A stretch of 64,000 nt of DNA from Magallana gigas (taxonomy: Eukaryota), in assembly GCF_963853765.1 (NCBI RefSeq), contig NC_088855.1:13082001-13146000 (forward strand), in the 5' to 3' direction. The notes beneath the pieces were generated by a model that saw nothing but the letters and a program-made list of their open reading frames with translations, searched no databases and was not told where the DNA came from. The position numbers and the translations under genes were made by a program. Positions 12,711 to 26,600 of this stretch are shown here, piece by piece; the first letter of the stretch is position 1; each line of letters begins with the position of its first letter.

Positions 12711-14435
12711 TTTTTTTCAATCAAAGCTGTTACACCTAAAACATAATACTCTCTGATATTTAGAATAAAGACACTCCTTTCCTATAATTTTAAGGGGGAT
12801 GTCTACGCCAAATAAGTGTCGGAGATTTTTGTTGCATGCATTTGTAACTAATAATAGGCACAGTATTTGTTGCATGCATTGGTAACTAATAATAGGCACA
12901 GTATTTAACAATACTCTATTTTTAAGAGAATTTTCAAAATATCAGTCTGCTTCCAGATAACCCCTTATATGTCAAATTTTTAAACATTTCTGTTTTAAAA
13001 CTCTAATGAAAGTGAAATGTTATAAAGTTTGAAAATGAAAAACAAAATAATCATGAATGAAGTTTGTATGATTTTTTTTTTTTTGGAATCCACATAAATA
13101 TGAAACTAAAATATTTAAAAATTCTTTTAAGGCAAACTGCTGGATGAAATCCCACAATAATCTGAAAATAGAAACAATATTCGTTGGTTAATTAGATGGA
13201 AAAAAGAAATTGAATGAAATTGAAAAATTAAAAGAAATACTGAATTAATTAAAAAAAACTTGGTTTAAAAGATCCTATTTAAGAGTTGTCTTTCTTGATT
13301 TTACTTGGTCTCAAATATCTTGGGACCAATTTTCTAATTTAAAAAATTCACGAAGAAAAATTTAAAAAAGGTAAAAGTATATGCTAAAATGTAGGAATAA
13401 GGTTAGTAGTGCTTATTATAATGTTTGAATCTGAAAAATTATATTTTTGATGAATGCATTATATTTATATTTAAATCATTAAAACAAAATGTTAGTAGTT
13501 ACATTAATTTTTATATACAATACAAATTATAAACAACCATATGCATATTTTATACATACATTAGATGTCCATAGTGATACACATGTACGTGTGGTGATTA
13601 AAAACATGCTCTTTTTCAAGATTCTATCGTTCCCTCATTTGGCTTGCAAATCCGGCTTCCACTGCTATTGCTAGCCTACCTAGCTATATCTATTTTAATT
13701 AAAATACATGAGTTAAGTTTCAAACTTTCAATGCAAGTCTTATACTTCAAATGCTTTTAAATTTGGGAAGTTGGAATCAATTAATACAAGAGATTGTACT
13801 ACGGAACTTAAGTTTTATATTAATCATGCATATAGGTTTCATGTGAAAATTATCTGCTCAACTTTATCGATAATCCCTCACATATTTATGATCTTCTTTT
13901 GCAGATGACATGACAAATATGTATTGTCATTAGCAGGGAAACAGTATTTTATTTCGATTTCACGTTTTTTCTACATAACAGCTGATAATCAATGTTAGTT
14001 GAAAGCTTTAATCACGAAGGGAATTGACATATTTTTTAAACGTTTTGGTGATTTCATTCTTATCTCATCTCCCTCGTTAGAAGAGTTCAATTGAACAGTG
14101 TATAGCTATTTTGTACCACGACATAATGCTATCAATCCGGAACAAAATGGCGTTTCAAACGGATGGCAGACATATTGTGACGATGTAGCCGTCCACCTTA
14201 AGTTATGTTTAGCTGGGTTTTTTATCTAGCAAAATCAAGATTACAAGTGTATCTCGGCTTCTAAAATCGGACGGAAGACCTCCTCGTTGCTAGCAACGAG
14301 ATCGTGTCTAGTATTATTTACAATTTGCTATATGTTATAGAGTGTTTTTACCTTAGGAATATGGATATTTTTTTTGAAAATCGAATTAGATAGGTAGTTT
14401 TACAACAGAAAGTGACCTTTTCTACATGCTTTTAA

Positions 14436-14665
14436 AGCGGCATAGTCACAATTTTTGTCAAAAAATATTTTTTAACTTAGATAATTACAACACTTCAGTT
14501 AGGCATTTGAGTATTTGAGTATCATTTGTTCAGTAATAAGATAGTTACAGGGCTTCTATTTCTCTGCTATGTAAACAAAGTATTTGTTTACATTTTGAAT
14601 TTTGAAGTGAAAATTCCAATTTTAAACCTAAAAGGAATATGTTAAACGTTAGGAACTGTATATAA
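14436..14665. mobile_element. Partial non-autonomous TTAA element (same family as 47867)
   Basis: TTAA|AGCGGCATAGTCAC start; internal blocks (ctatgtaaacaaag, ttttaaacctaaa, ttaaacgttaggaactg) shared with 47867-48310. Confidence 0.6.
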
Positions 14666-16177
14666 TATTTCATTGGAAGTATATATTGCGATGCAAACTC
14701 CCACTAACTTAGTTCTGCCAAAGCTTTTCAACAACCTCACTCTCATTTTTGCTTTCTCGGGCTGGTTTATCGAAAATGAAAGTGATTTATACAATTGTTT
14801 CTCCTCATATAAAATTCAGTTATAGCTTCCGGCACTCATATCACAGGTATTGAAATACCAAAGGTGTAATCAGTTACTCTGGTTGAGGCATTTAACAGGT
14901 TATCGGCAAAATGCCTTAATACTACATATATGAGTATCCCTTAAAAATCAATTAAAACAAACATTGAGTAAATAAATATTTGAAAATCTTAAAAAAATAT
15001 ATGATTTTACGTCAGAAATTTTGAGCAGGCCAACATTTGGAGCCAGGCCAAATTTGAGGCCAAAAGCGAGCCCAGGCAAATTTTATTCATGGCCAGACCA
15101 GGTTAGGCTTTACATTATACCATGTGTTCTCTATAATCTACATTCTCTGAAAAACGAAAGAAATATTAAATGATGATGCTACAGGAAGATAGCAAATATA
15201 AATGACCTCCATATGTAAGTCTTCATACTTCCGGTTGTTACGTATACTTCCCGTGTTTCATTGTACAGGGTGCATGGAATTTAGATATTAAAATGTTTAT
15301 GTTATTTTCTAAACAAAACCAATAAAGTTTTAGAACAAGATTAGTCTTGTCGATCCTACCTAAAACATATATATACTAGTATGTCGATCGAAACATTTTT
15401 GTGCCTTTTACTTTTACCGATTTTAATGGGTGTAAAAAGCTGCCGAAAGCCTTTTATTGTTGGAGGCAAAACATTCTATTTTACATTGTATATGTTTATT
15501 GTCACTTGTGACCAGGGATAGACAATTAAAAGTTTTATGATACTTGGTGACCTGCAAATATGGCTGCCAATAAATTTAAAAGTAGTAAAAGGAGATGAAA
15601 ATCATTTTACTACACAAATTATATTTTTAGCAACAACCATTCTTTCCTCATAAATTTCTTTTTCACAATTGCAAAAGCCAAAATAAACAAATCGATATTT
15701 TTTGTTCTCTTGAATATACATGCATGATAATTTTCATAATCTGTTTTATATATTTATTTCAATGTCATAATTACAAAAATTAAATACACATATAAAATGA
15801 AATCGATATAAATTACGCAGTAAACAAAATACTCATATCACAATGTTTAAAATAATGTAAAGTTTGAATTATATTCCTGAACAAACATGCCATTGAGAAA
15901 TGTACAGGTCGGTTGTAGTTGTCATTATCTAAATTCAAGTCGAATACTTTACTTTATTTTAGCCGAGTCTCTGGAATATTTTGATAAAAAGTACACTTAA
16001 AATATGCAGTGTTTTTTAAACTTGTTTAACATGTACGTTATTTTTCAAAGCTTTAAAACAAAAATTACAAAAAAGTATATTAGCGCTTCAGTAATCATGT
16101 TATTAAAGATTCTACAAAACATTATTATTATTATTCACAAACAATTATTATCATTACAAATATACATTTGAATAAAA

Positions 16178-18181
16178 AACAAGAGGCCCATGGGGCCACC
16201 TCGTTCACCTGAGCAACAATGGCTTTATATGGGTGTTTAAAGGATATTGTGCCATATGGCCCCTTGGTAGAAAAAAAAAGAATACCATAAAATAAATTGT
16301 ATCCAAATTTTACACTTATTTTCCTATACTTAATCTTTGACATTGTACCCTTATGAAACACCATTTTACCAAAAATAAGATCCTATGCAAGAAATAAAGC
16401 TAAATTTTTGGTAGGGGTACAATCTTAACTTTCAATTCCCTTTACATGTATTTTAGTTCTGCCCCCTCACTTTTTAAAACAATCAAATTATATATGAGAA
16501 CATGCATATAGGTACATATTCATCTTCAACTACATTGTACTAGCTAGTTATTGTATTTTATTAGAAAAAATTCCTATATATGAAAGAGGAAAATTGTACC
16601 CAAAGGTGCTCAAATTAATCCTCCGCATTATAAACGATTGTTGTTTACCAGGCGTGAAATCGTGCTACGTTTTATAACCTTACTCACTTGGTCGATAAAT
16701 ACGCTCGAATGAAAAATGTTGGCACGTGATATGTTAAAGAGCTATTACATATATACCGGTAATCAATGCATAGGCGTTGGAACTGGGTGGAGGGCCCCAC
16801 TTTGTTTTTGCAAAGTTAGATATAGCCGTACTCAAAATCTTTTTTTTTGCTTGTCAAGATTTCTGATAAGGTCTAGCCCCCCCCCCCCCTCCCAATGAGC
16901 CTCAGACTGCAATGTTTTGACAGGCATATCGCTCTATTTTACTAAGGCCCACCCTTTATTCAAAATCAACGTTAACAAATCAATATGATTTTCCGCTGTA
17001 ATTTTTTCTTAAGAATAGCAATAATACATGTATCCCTGTAACAGTAATGTTTTTAACTGTTTTGAAGAGGTCGTTTTTATTTAATTGTGTCTGAAAAAAC
17101 AACAAAGCTGGTGTAGATTCATCGTATAAGGAGGGGGCCCAAAAAAGTTGTTGCTGCATATCATTCTTTTCTGTACAAGTATTTAACGTTTGGTGAGACA
17201 TTTCTAGTGATAAATCTAAATTTCAGCATCTATATATAACAAACAATCTCCGTTTAGACTGAAAATGCAGAGCATCTTAACAAAACACGTTGCATTATAA
17301 TCAACCATAATGTAGAGATCGTACCGAATTACCAAAAGAATGTATAGTATTTATATAAGGAATCATTCTGAGGTGATAATTTTGGTTGGAGCGTTATCAA
17401 ATCCAATAAAGCCCGGAGGGCTTTATGATAGATTTGATCACACCCCTACCGAAATTATCACCTCATAATATTCAAGAATGATTCCTTATTATTTATATTT
17501 ATATAATGTTTTGCCATCGTACGATTAAACATTTAGATATAAATAAGCAAACCCCGCTGGCGCCTCAATTTGGCGTCATTTGTATTATGGGTTATATAGT
17601 TCAAAATCGATACGTAGTGTTATCACAGGCAAAGACACTGGGTAATGTAAATATAATATAATATGTTCTTAGTGCATCAGATTTTGCTCATTTTGCGCAG
17701 GTAAACAATTAACTGTCTGGTTTACTGAAGTCTATATTTGATTCGATACGTAAAAATTCCAAAATACAGGCGATATTTCCCCTCAAGTTAAAAAGTATGA
17801 ACGAAATTCAAAACAACGTAAAACCACGGTTACGAGTGGAAATGTCATTTAACCTCAATTCACTTCACAAAATCGGCACAAATATGTTAAGCATGTTTCA
17901 AGTATCCCTTCGCACGTAAACAGTTGCACAACAAGCAAATACATCTTTGTAAGTTTGACCTATTTGTCATGTGTCAACATTCAAACATGGCTGCTTTATA
18001 CAAAGAACTTTCGTTTTCGATATGGAATACCGAACCCGAAGTTATAAACTGATTGACCGCGATTATCTCTATTTTTAATTTCGTAAATTATTCTAATTTG
18101 AAACAGAATTCGCCGATAATTTTTGCAATTTATATTTTCCTTTCCATAAGAATTATCTATACAAAATTACGTTGAATTTGA

Positions 18182-18213
<32 letters not shown>

Positions 18214-18304
18214 ATGCACCCACCTTTTTCTACAGTTTCGAGGTTTTCTCCGTTTTAAATAAAGATCGGTCTTTTACTTCTGCAATTTATAATCACCTTT
18301 CTAT

Positions 18305-18348
<44 letters not shown>

Positions 18349-18476
18349 TAAAAAAAGAAGTTCAATGTGAAAAGTGTACAGACAGACAGACAGACGGACA
18401 GACGAACAGACAGACGGACGGCAGACAAAATGTGATCAGAATAGCTCACTTGAGCTTTCAGCTCAGATGAGCTAAT
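16178..18476 (+). mobile_element. Helentron/pearl-like element ends with intervening insertions
   Basis: 5' end AACAAGAGGCCCATGGGGCCACCTCGTTCACCTGAGC (also at 63062), ACAG/ACGG microsatellite at ~18378-18425 and 3' hairpin AGCTCACTTGAGCTTTCAGCTCAGATGAGCT. That both ends belong to one copy is an inference. Confidence 0.5.
17355..17489. repeat. Long imperfect palindrome, probable non-autonomous (Crypton-like) element
   Basis: ATAAGGAATCATTCT..GAGGTGATAATTT..ATAAAGCCC-GGA-GGGCTTTAT..AAATTATCACCTC..AGAATGATTCCTTAT. The Crypton assignment is from family recall only. Confidence 0.55.
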
Positions 18477-20646
18477 AAAAAACGAAATTTGAATATGTGT
18501 CATACATATTAATTTTTCTTAATTAAGTTTATTTGTGTTTATTTTCTTAGTATTCAATATCTAAAAAATGTAAAGATACCTAGTTTTGAACACAAATAAC
18601 CAAACGTTTCATGCGTTGCCTTTGTTGCATGCATTGGATAACCTTAGATCATAGCTGCTTTGAAGTGCCTTAATAGCAATCAACAGTAAACATAAACGGA
18701 ACGCTATTGCACTTTCTTATGACCCTGTCACTAAATACCTAATTTTATGATTTTGACCTATGTACCTGTCTTGATTAACTATTTACTGATAATTCAGAAA
18801 ATTTTGCTTTCCATTCCTATCAAACTAGAACCAGTGCAGCTATATGTCTATAATTTTACAGCTTCGAAATCATCTTTTATACTTGTAACGAATCAAAAGT
18901 CACTTTGTATAGCATTAGATATTCATCAAAATGGCACATAAATTACGATTTTCTAGGTTGTCCGGGTAGTGGTGGTGGTGGTGCTCTCCATTTTTTTCCC
19001 AACCTTTAAAAATATAGAGACAGCTAAATGTAAAAATGTAAACATGTCTAGAATATTGCATATATTTAATTAGATTGAACACTACAATTAAAAGAGACAA
19101 TCTTGCATTTAAGTCAATGAATGCATAAGTCATAAATAAATTGGAATAAATTTGAACAATATTTTTTGTTTAAGATTTAGAATTTAAATATCTTTAATCG
19201 AGAGCAAGAGAGTGCCAAATACTGCGATGTCAATATATTATAAATGATTTGATATTCGATTTAAGCATACATGTATAACTAAGGTTTCTTTTATAATACC
19301 CAGGCGATTTCGTTTGTAAATACAAATTATACAAATTATATAGTCAAAGATTCCTGTGAATACACATACCTTAATATTCCCTTGCCCTGAATCTCATAGT
19401 TATGCGAATTGTGTGACAATTATGAAACTTGGAAAACTAATTAAAACTTTGAATTATTTCCTTTTTTCTGTTAAACATAAATAGTTGTGAGTGCAGATCA
19501 ATGAAAAGTCAAAAATCGGAATAGGAGGGGCAAATACAGAAATATTGCAATAACCCAATGAAATCAACCAATACTCTCAGCTAAATTTGTAACTAGTAAA
19601 TTATCAAAATATGTATTCAACGGTTATTCAATGAGTTCTTCTGAAATGGAAAAAATAATAAATCCGGTTAGCTACTAAGATGGAGAATGCATAAAATCAA
19701 ATGGAAATAATTCATTAAATATCTTAATTATCTTATAAAGACACTTTATGATGACTTCAATTTTATGCATTTTTTTTTCAACTTATGTAGCAATTTTCTT
19801 TCATCACCTACATATGGAGTTTTTGTCTCTAAGTTAATTAGATACTCTAGGGCACGCTCTATGTATGAACAGTTTTAAAGGCGAGGCAAGCTTCTGACAA
19901 ACAAGTTGATAAAACAGGACTGTCAACAGTCTCGATTTCAGTCATCTTTTTGTAAGTTCTATGATCGATACATATGATCTATGATCGACTTTGTCAGCAA
20001 AAACAATATTCAACTAGGTCGCATACTGACTGACGTTTTTAATATTTATTATTAGACCAAAGTTAATCACCTAATTGCCTACGGTTTATTCCGTTTTTCA
20101 TATTTTGACAAATAGCACACAAATAGAAATTTAAATTTTAATTTAGACGTTTTATCTTAAATAACTTACGGAGCATTTTGGGGTACATGTATGTCAATTT
20201 TTGTAACGTGAGGGTAAGGGGGACGTCTTGGTGCTTCTCTCTTCTTTCTAGATTCTAAAAATAAAGAGAAATTCTACAGTTGTGCGTCATATCATAGTGC
20301 AATTCAAGTTGCATTTAAAGTTATACGTACATGTATTTCACAACACCTATTTGTAAATCATTAAATTCTTATGCAACTAAAACCAGATTTGATATTATCA
20401 ATCTAGAGTTTGAATAAGTCGACATTTGTGCTCTGCTAATTAATGTTGATCAAAATGTTATAAAACGTTATAACTATGAAACTGCTTATTCCTCTAATAA
20501 CGTAAATGTACAAGTTATCAATTTCTATATTTTGTGACAATTTCTGAAATGGTAAAGAAGACTGAAAAACAATTTTATATTCACTATCTTTCATTGAGTC
20601 TGTACATATAGCTATTTCTTCTTATCGAAATGTTTGTTTTATTTAC

Positions 20647-23600
20647 CTGAAAGCGTGATATCCTCATCGAATGGATTGCATCCAGAATTTTGATTGTGAA
20701 TTAAAACTTTTATACAGAAGATATTGACAGTTGTTTAGATACATGTATCATGCCAACGCTAATCTTTTTAAACTAGTATCTCTTTCGTCGTTAAATAGCT
20801 AAACATTCAACAACTCATATAATCCTTTGACCGTTTGAGTTAGTTTTGCATGATTTGTAATCATTCTATACCAAGCATCTATCGTGATACATAATTTTAA
20901 GTAAATTAGCAAGAGAGACACGTTGAACGAAAGCAGTCAAGCTTATCCCTTCCCCGTTCAATACTAAACAACAATTCCCTAAGTTTTCTTTCAAATAAAA
21001 ATACGATACGCATTCCTCTCTGTTACATTAATATTGTATAAATATTCATTAGCATTTAAATTTATTTAGACTCTTTGAAACTTATGTAACGTATATTATC
21101 GAAATATGGTTGGTGTAAAATCGAAATTCTTTGAAACAAGTTAACATATTTACCTATATATTTCGCACTAATAAATCGTACAAAAAGGAATTTGACTACA
21201 TTTACATCAACTCTTATGAAAAAAAAATCGTTTAGTTTGTGCATTATCTTTATTTATTTTACACCTCATTTTCTTTAACTTTTGATGGAAATTAAAATTC
21301 CTTGTGGAGGCAAAACATGGATCCCATCTTATCGTTTACTCGTTAAAATAAAAGAGTGCATGGCTACTTTACTTGTCGCTTTTCAATATAGATCAAGCAT
21401 ATTGTAATACAAATTAGAGCAATATCTTTTCATAATTCTAATCTTAAATATCAATTTTGATTTTGCATGTTAAATCAGAATCGTTTGTTTGCGTTTTTTT
21501 TATCGTTATCGTTCGTGTATCGTGAAAATGTAGTAAGTTAGTGGTCGTCCGTGTATCCTGCGTAAACATTCGTGTATCATGCATGATCGTTTGTGTATCA
21601 GAATCGTGTGTGTCGTTTGTCACCAATAACGTTACTACCACTGTGTCAACATAATACACAATTTCATTATCTGCCTATTGTCTAATTGCCAAAATATTCT
21701 GTTAATCAAAATAAAATTGTGTTAACCTGAAGGTGGGGTGTCTTCCTCGAATGGATTGTTTCCAGAAATTGGTTTTAAATTAGTTGAATCATTAGGAGCA
21801 GGGTCTTTTTCGGACGTTGCTGAAAAACATTTATATACATAATTTTTTATATTTATTGCACCTAAAAAACAACGAAATCAAAATAATGTGAAAAATAAAC
21901 AAATATTTTGAATATAATTTTGGTATTCTAATTAATGAAAAAAAAATTCACATCAACTCAGGTAAAAACTATAAATTTATTCGATTTCAAACAATAAAAA
22001 TTAATCAACTATCCCTCAAATTCATATCATATTTTTTTAACCTGAAGGCGTGGAGTCTTCATCAAATGGATTGATTGCAGATATCGGTTTTGAAGCACAA
22101 CTATCAGGAGCAGGATTGTCATTTGACAAATCTGAAACACAAATATAATAATTTATATATATTTTATTGCAATTGGAAAATGAAATATCTTTATCATATC
22201 ATTTTTGTGTTTTCTAATTTGTGAAAAAGAATAATTAACCCGTAAATAAGTTAAAATACATAATTTCAATATCCGATAGTGATCTTTTAATCCTTAAACT
22301 ATCAAATCAAAACTAAATGTTAACCTGAAACCGTGGTGTCTTCATCAAATGGATTGTTTTCAGACATTGGTTTAGAAGAACTATCATTACCAGGAGCAGG
22401 ATTGTCGGTTGATAATGTTGAAACAGGAGCATCACCTAATGCAGGAACGTCTTTTGGTGTTGATTTTGCAGCAGCTTGGTATTGTGCAATGGGTTTGGGA
22501 ACATCTGTCCCATTTTGAGATAGTTGATCAGAAGAACTAGCACTATTATCCAGTGCTTTTGAACCAGAAGTATTTTTCATACTTGTTGGTATTGCTTTTG
22601 TGTCATCTATAACAACTTTTTTCGTATCCTCCTTAGTACTTTCAAACGGAGACACACTGATCGACGATGTGTGCGATGCTGAAAATAGATCAGCAGCAGC
22701 TTTGTCATTCGATACTTGTTGTGAATCAGGAGCCTCAAGTGATGTGGATTCGGATGCAATGTTCTCATTCGATACTGGTTTTAAACTACGGCCATTATTT
22801 GATTTGGGTGGATCTAAACAAATGATATAAAAAAGTTAAACTTAACACATCATTTAATTTTTAAGTTATCTAAACAGGTCTTAGCGTGATATTTTCAATC
22901 ACTCGAATTAAAAATAAAAAATGACGCAAACGCAGAAGTCAACACAAAACTCTACAATTTAAAACTATCAATAAAAGCTAAGGAAAATACGATATGCCTT
23001 TCGGAATCGTAATAATTTTTTTTTAAATTTTCTTTTTCTCTCCATTGCCAATAAGATATTTGTTTTAAAAACACCAAGCCTGTATAAACGTGTATGACTA
23101 ACAACCGAGATTTCTTTCCGGACCCATTTTAATGGATAAAACAAATTAAAAGTCCTTTGTAATGATTGAGTTTTGGATTAATGGATCCGTATTTTTATAA
23201 ATTTTCTATCGTTTGATCAATCAATCGATCCCTACAAAAATTGTGAACCTTACAATGCTTACAATGACAAAATGGTAAGGAAAAAGATAACAATAAAACT
23301 TTATCCTTGTAATACATTTTGCCAAATTGTGTTCCTTAGAAAGGGTCTTTGAATTTTTTCGTTTCAGATATCATGTCATCAAGGTTTGTTTCATACAAAC
23401 GTAAGTTTTCATAAATCTATTTAGTGCACGTGACAAAGTAATGACTCCAAATAAAAATTATGATTATACAGTGATGTATGTCACAATGTTTAAATTATGC
23501 GAAATATTATTAGAATGTTTAGCAACACTTAAATGTCGTTTGGTTGTGATATTCGAAGTGCAAAAAACCCCCAAAATAGTCAATAAAACTGATTCCTAGA

Positions 23601-26600
23601 AAACGTTAAAAACAGTAGAAAATTTACGCACTACCCCTTCTATTTAAACCAATTACTATAAATATTAAATATTAGCACTTATTTTCTACCATAGAAAATA
23701 GGTACCTTTATTTCACCAGAAAATATTTGAATTACTGTATGCAAAACAAAAAATGAAGTCGGTTTGAAGCCCCCCTTTCAACCTTTTGAGATCGGGTTCG
23801 TCCTTTCAAATCATCACTCTGAGATTCAACATCTAGAAAAAGGTGGGCAGTGTATTTTCCAAAAAATTAAGCTCGTTTTCTGCATCTGTCAAAATCCCAC
23901 CTTCCCTTCCCTGACAGTCATATTCTTCCTTTTTCTACTGTTGTGTTCTTTATGTATTTCAGGTCATTAATGGGAACGAAGATGTTCAATTTTGTGAATT
24001 TTAAAAAGTTCATTATTCGTCGTGGCATATACCCGTGTATCGTTTGTGCGCACCAAATCAACTGATGCCTATGTATTGTTGTGCTGACTTGTTGAAAAAC
24101 ATTGTGACAATTAATTTGTGCATGTGAAGTTGAGTTGCTGAACTGTTGAACCTGTGAATTGTGTAAAATTGTACTTGTTTTATTATATCATTTTTATTAA
24201 ACAATAATTCAACATAAATTGTATAAAATAAGTTTAAGTACTTTAATATATGACCATCCGCGGTAAACCCGGGGTGGTCAATTTCAAACTATAATATTGA
24301 TGACATGTTGATTGTTGATGAATATTTGTTGTGACTTTTGTTTGAGTGGGTTTTCCCAGAGTTGTCAATGTCATCCCACATTTCATTTATGTCATGGCCA
24401 ATACTCGCCAAATAAATCTTTAAAAATAATATTTTTGGTAACTTTTCTCTGTGTTAATAAAACAATATAATTAATAGTTGTAGAAAGTATCCATTGACTA
24501 TTTTGGGACAATTAAATAAGATCACTCAAATGCTTAGCAAAATCGTACAAATTAAACGTGATGTAAAAGTGAAAATTAAGTTAACCGAAAACAAAATATA
24601 TGCAAATGATATTTTTCAAAATTACTTTATTTTTTAATTTGATTTAAAATACGTAAAATGGCAGTATTGGTATAATCGTCCAAGTGTTTTAAAAAAGCAT
24701 AATCTTATATAACAACTTACTTTCTTTGAATTTCTTTTCATTTGCGTCTTGACCAGGAATTGAAATCTCCGTAGGCTCATTCTCGGGCTTTGAAGGTTTC
24801 GAGGTATTCTTCGCATCTGACTTTATTTGTTGCAAAGAAACGTCAGCTGGCTTTGGTTTTGATAGGCTGTGGTCATCTGACTTTGCTTTCATAATACCTT
24901 CAGTATCTGAGTTGGAAGTTGAATTAAGAAAAGTATTCGACTTTTGTGTGGAAGCAGTCTCATTATCTGGCTTTGGTTTTGAAGAAGCGTCATCCACTGG
25001 CTCTTGTTTTGAAGCAGTAATAATATCTGAAGTTTGTCCTGAAGTACGAACATTGTCGGAAATGCTTGTAATAATATCTTTATCTGAGTTCAGTTTTTCC
25101 AGATCATCATTAACTCTTGGTGTTGAAGATAGAACTTCAGAAGACGGGGAATGAGTAACATTATTAGATATGGTTGCTGAAGCAAGAGCAATACCTATTA
25201 CCGGCATTGCATTGGACGAAGAGTTTGACACGACAGCGAAATCTGAAAAAATATTTGTCTTTTAATTAATTGCACCTTGCTTGAATTTTCAAAATATATC
25301 TGTAGTTAACTGTCACTGTAATAAGATGTCTTATTGAAATCAGAAATAAAACAAACTTTATCGTCAAGTTCCGAACAAACGTCAAATTCAGACACTGCCA
25401 CAAAACTATGGTTTCTTAAATATTGTTTTAACGATAACATACATTTTATATAAACTTTGAAACAGATTCATGAGCAGGTTGCCACATAATAATGACAACT
25501 TTGAGGCAAGCGGACACATGGCATGTACTTTGAATTTATGTAAACATACCTTCAAAAATGACAATATTGATACATGTATAAGACAACATTTCCACATGAA
25601 ATAAGGAATTTAATCATATATTCCTTTTTTCAACTTAAAAAAAAATATATTTGTCTGTTATTACCAAATGCGTACTTCTACATGTAATATTGTTTCATAA
25701 ATTTGAAAGCCTTGTTTATTTGAATATATATTAATGATAAGTTTATTTTTTGATAAAAAGAATGAAAAATTATTATGCATAGAAATTTAACAATTGTGTT
25801 ATCTATTTCATTTACACATCATATTCCAAATAAAGAAAAAAAACTTAATTGTAAGGAAAATCATGTACAAATATCTTATCACAATTTTATATGCTTTATC
25901 AACATGATACACAATTTCATTGTTTGCCTTTTGTCTAAAATCTCCAGAATATCATGTAAATCAAAATGAACTTTTGTTTACCTGAAGGTGGGATATTTTC
26001 CTCGAATGGATTGTTTCTAGAAGTTGATTCCAAACTAGTGGAATCTTTACGAGCAGGGTCTTTATCCGACGTTGCTGAAACACGTTTATCTAAAAAAATA
26101 TATATATATATATATATTGCACTTAAGGTCAGACGACACGTTCCTCAATTTTATATAACTTTTTCAAGGAATTTGTTGATGGTTATACACTGGTTACCTT
26201 CTTGATCTGGAGCAGTTTCTTTTGAAAGCAAAGGTTCTTTAACTAAAAACAAAATCAAGTAATGAAGTTAATTAAAGATTCCGTAGGCCTTTATTATCCA
26301 TAAATTCTCAACAATGAATTATCAAACACAGTATCAATTCATTCACCATAAAAACGTACGTATCATTCCATAAAATAAGGTCCCCATGAACAATTAAGCA
26401 ATTGACAATCAACGAAAACTAATCCATAAAATTGAGTACACTACGTATTTTTGGCAAACCTTCATTTTCTTCATCTACATGTACATCTTCATTTGTATTT
26501 TTTTCCATTTCTGCTTTATCATTAGGACCAGTTTCCACATCACAAGTCAGCACTATAAAGTAGTATTCATATACACATACTGGTAACAAATACTTGCAAT

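Larger units (their letters stand above)
10579..14312 (+). mobile_element. Helentron/pearl-like element carrying a 438-bp tandem satellite and nested insertions
   Basis: Subterminal inverted repeat GGTCTTCCGT (10596-10605) / ACGGAAGACC (14271-14280), 5' hairpin cttccg..cggaag, 3' hairpin CTCGTTGC-TA-GCAACGAG (14283-14300) followed by CTAGT. Confidence 0.65.

Noticed and set aside
23760-24420. Coding-looking minus-strand fragments inside a gene B intron
   Set aside because: Short, stop-interrupted, no recognisable family; probably TE debris.
22333-25154. Plus-strand ORFs 22333-22518, 22600-22830, 24912-25154
   Set aside because: Antisense to gene B exons.
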